From positions 67,517 to 131,516 of the forward strand of contig CAVYFA010000001.1 of the NCBI GenBank assembly GCA_963767715.1: a DNA stretch of 64,000 bases, written 5' to 3'. The notes below the pieces were generated by a model. It made no database searches. It had not been told where the DNA came from and saw only the letters and a list, made by a program, of their open reading frames with translations. The DNA comes from an uncultured Chloroflexia bacterium (lineage in GTDB: Bacteria > Chloroflexota > Ktedonobacteria > Ktedonobacterales > Ktedonobacteraceae). Positions 61,695-64,000 of the stretch are shown here, one piece after another (within the stretch, counting starts at the first letter, position 1; each line of letters begins with the position of its first letter). The position numbers were made by a program, and so were the translations under genes.

Positions 61695-64000
61695 CTACCC
61701 ACCCGTATAGCCGATGACATCGGTGCCACCCGTGTCGCCACTGTAGTTGAAGTACAACGGGCGCTCCGCTACGATAGGAGCAGTAGACTCGATATCCATC
61801 GAGACGTTGTAACCCAGGTAGACCGGGTTGGTGGGATACGCGCTTGCCATGGGCGCCACCAGGGAATTAATGAACACGGTTGTGCGGCTGTGGGGCAGCA
61901 GTTCCAGTCGTTCCTCGACGATGGTGTTATCGGCAAAGAGCGTGATGTTGACAAGGTTGGACGAATTCGACGGGTTCTGCAACGTCAGATACTCGTAGAA
62001 GTTCGTGTTGGTATAGCCCTCCGCGAAGGCGAAGTTCACCTTGCTCGCCGGGCCTGCCTGCCCAACCACGTCCGTTGCGCCCGACAGAAACTGTGACCCA
62101 TAGTGGAAGTACATCAGGCGCTCTGCCACGATGGATGGCGTGCTGGCGGTCACCTCGGCTGAGACCGATGTCGTGGGAGAGCAGCCGCAGCCAGAGGCAG
62201 GATTGTTGAAGGCGTTGTTCACATCGAAGTAGACCTGGCTGAGTGCGGATACCGTGACCGGCACCGTTTGCAGCGTGCCGTTAGTATATTCGAGCTTCAC
62301 ATTAGCCTGGGCACTCGAGGTGGTGAAGTTCGCCAGCACCAGGTATTCCTGGAAATTTGGCCCGGTGTAGCCTTCCGCGAATAACCAGTCGCTGCCGCTA
62401 TTAGGACCGAGCGTCGTCGCGCCGACGGCTGAAGCCGCCCCGCTTGTCGCTCCGCCAGCCGTCGGAATGAAGTCGGTGAAGTACATCGGGCGTTCTACAA
62501 CGACGCCGATTGTCGAGGTCACCATGGCCGAGAATTGCTGGTGAACCGGCGGGATAATCGTTCCGCGATACAGCGGCGGCACGCTAATCGTCGATGTCAG
62601 GCAGGCCGGCTGGCCAGACAGCCCGCATGAGCCGGTGTAGAACGTCGCCGTGACGTTGGCGTGCTGGATGCTGCTTGGATTCAGTACGGTGATGAAGGTA
62701 CTGTAGTGCGCATTGCCGCTCTGCCGGTTATCGCCTTCGGCAAAGTAGAAGCTCGTACTGGTCGCATTCGTAGCGCCCAGCACATCCGTTCCGCTCTTGA
62801 CACCGCGATAGTTGAAGTACATCGGTCGCTCCGCCACGACGGGAACTACAGGGGTGGAGCCAACCCCGATCGACTGTACGATCATCGAAATGGCCTGCTG
62901 CGGAGCATTCGTGGCGACGCCCAGGTCGCTATTCACATTGACGGTGAAGCGCGTGCTCGGCAGAATCTGGTGCTGTTTGATGACCGCGGGCTTATTCTGG
63001 AAGAGGTAGGTCACATTGACGGTGGCCATAGTGACCGCGTCGGGATTGAGCAGGGTAAGATACTCGGTGAAACTCCCGCCGACGCTGCCCTCTGCGAAGT
63101 ACCAGATCGCGTTGGCCTCGTTCGTGCGCAGTGCGCCGTTGGACTTGACGATCAATTCCACGTCGTTAGCCAGGTTCAAGGCGTTATAGCTGCCCAGCCC
63201 CGTCGCCATATCATAATCGGTTGTAGCGGGGTATGTATATGTATTATCTATCGTGTCGTTATCGCCGCTCGTGACGTCATGAAAGCCGCCGGCGTAGCTG
63301 GTCGAATGTAAATTCTGGTCGATGCTGTACAGATCACCATTCAGGAAGCCGGCGTTGAAGTAGCCATCGTGGAGCAATTTCTGATTCAACAGCGCGGCCA
63401 TCGCTGCCCACATCGGCGCAGCCGCGGATGTGCCGCCGGCAAAAATCCAGGTGCCACTCCCACAAGCAGCTATCACCGTACAATAGATGGGATAGCCCAC
63501 CGATGGATCGGCATTGAAAGAGACATCCGGCACTTCGCGGCAGTACGAACCGGACGGGGCGCCACATGGCACACGAGTACTATAGGTCGGGTTGATCGTG
63601 TGAGCGTCCCCACTCTGGTAGGATGGCATGCTCCAGAGGCTGCTCACCCCGCCACCGCCAGCATGGTCATTGTTGTTATTCCATACAGACTCAGAACCAT
63701 AGCCGTTGCCTGGTCCAAGGGTGAGTGATGTGCCTCCTACGCCTGTCACATAGGGCTGCGATGCGGGATCATCGACCGATTTTGTTGAATTCAGGCAATC
63801 GTTTGTTCCGGAATCCCCAGAGGCAGCAAAAATTGTCTGGCCCTGTAAGACCGCCGTTTGAAAGAGCGTGTTCTCCTGCGCATAGACCGCCTGGGCAAAT
63901 GAACTCGACTCACAACTACCCCAACTGGTACTGACTACAGGCACCGCATCATTGACGATTTGCGCCCAGTCTGCGAGCAAACCGGCGTCGCTATTCGCAG
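61695..64000 (-). CDS. Sedolisin (S53) family serine peptidase with C-terminal repeated β-domains; the N-terminus lies beyond the window end
   Basis: 'VVSTSWGSCE', 'AASGDSGTNDC', 'TGVGGTSL', 'IFAGGTSAAAPMWAAMAALLNQ' (the catalytic Ser motif GTSAAAP). Downstream come three repeated ~110-aa modules beginning 'ERPMYF...'. The ORF runs past position 63980. Confidence 0.7.
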   Translation of the reverse strand, partial: ANSDAGLLADWAQIVNDAVPVVSTSWGSCESSSFAQAVYAQENTLFQTAVLQGQTIFAASGDSGTNDCLNSTKSVDDPASQPYVTGVGGTSLTLGPGNGYGSESVWNNNNDHAGGGGVSSLWSMPSYQSGDAHTINPTYSTRVPCGAPSGSYCREVPDVSFNADPSVGYPIYCTVIAACGSGTWIFAGGTSAAAPMWAAMAALLNQKLLHDGYFNAGFLNGDLYSIDQNLHSTSYAGGFHDVTSGDNDTIDNTYTYPATTDYDMATGLGSYNALNLANDVELIVKSNGALRTNEANAIWYFAEGSVGGSFTEYLTLLNPDAVTMATVNVTYLFQNKPAVIKQHQILPSTRFTVNVNSDLGVATNAPQQAISMIVQSIGVGSTPVVPVVAERPMYFNYRGVKSGTDVLGATNATSTSFYFAEGDNRQSGNAHYSTFITVLNPSSIQHANVTATFYTGSCGLSGQPACLTSTISVPPLYRGTIIPPVHQQFSAMVTSTIGVVVERPMYFTDFIPTAGGATSGAASAVGATTLGPNSGSDWLFAEGYTGPNFQEYLVLANFTTSSAQANVKLEYTNGTLQTVPVTVSALSQVYFDVNNAFNNPASGCGCSPTTSVSAEVTASTPSIVAERLMYFHYGSQFLSGATDVVGQAGPASKVNFAFAEGYTNTNFYEYLTLQNPSNSSNLVNITLFADNTIVEERLELLPHSRTTVFINSLVAPMASAYPTNPVYLGYNVSMDIESTAPIVAERPLYFNYSGDTGGTDVIGYTGG

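Overview
This is a high-GC (~60-65%) bacterial chromosomal window carrying a ~22 kb lower-GC block at ~32.8-55.0 kb and a smaller AT-rich islet at ~5.5-8.4 kb. The islet and everything after ~32.8 kb look accessory; the rest is mostly housekeeping.

The housekeeping part contains:
- a CtaG-like oxidase assembly factor and an SbcC/Rad50-like ATPase with a zinc hook, followed by a NurA-like gene;
- three RelA/SpoT-homologue (RSH) genes: two full-length copies in tandem and one short copy on the AT-rich islet;
- the MogA-WD40 and dut-DnaJ-like gene groups, a DedA membrane protein, a sigma-70-type sigma factor, tgt, an LplA-family ligase, an ANTAR response regulator with RicT/PSP1, an SPFH membrane protein, ppdK, a HEPN protein, a BNR-repeat protein, a GH99-like protein and an S53 peptidase.

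The most striking feature is a tightly packed, same-strand cluster at ~35.1-54.7 kb. It encodes:
- a GrpE-like protein;
- a divergent Hsp70;
- an Hsp70 fused to a C-terminal vWA domain;
- a ~1000-aa protein with J-like N-terminal segments, a double zinc ribbon and four FN3-like repeats;
- two paralogous GTPases each fused to a double zinc ribbon, one of them membrane-anchored;
- a 1004-aa mostly helical protein between the GTPases;
- a candidate deaminase-fold toxin with an overlapping candidate immunity gene;
- a zinc-ribbon/Pro-rich/TM protein;
- a ~1000-aa HerA/FtsK-like ATPase.

A NACHT-type STAND NTPase with a transmembrane N-terminus sits on the AT-rich 5' flank of this cluster. Together this looks like an NTP-dependent (chaperone/GTPase/STAND-centred) conflict or defence island that, to my knowledge, has not been characterised experimentally.

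Other observations are a dispersed palindromic repeat family (3 loci), a decayed zone (~24.0-27.4 kb) holding a P450 C-terminal fragment, a truncated transposase and a Uma2 C-terminal fragment, and several strong hairpin terminators.

Many genes, including essential ones (ppdK, Rel, SbcC), are split by single-base frameshifts, several at homopolymers. I read these as sequencing indels, not true pseudogenes. Frameshifted genes are reported as single merged spans.
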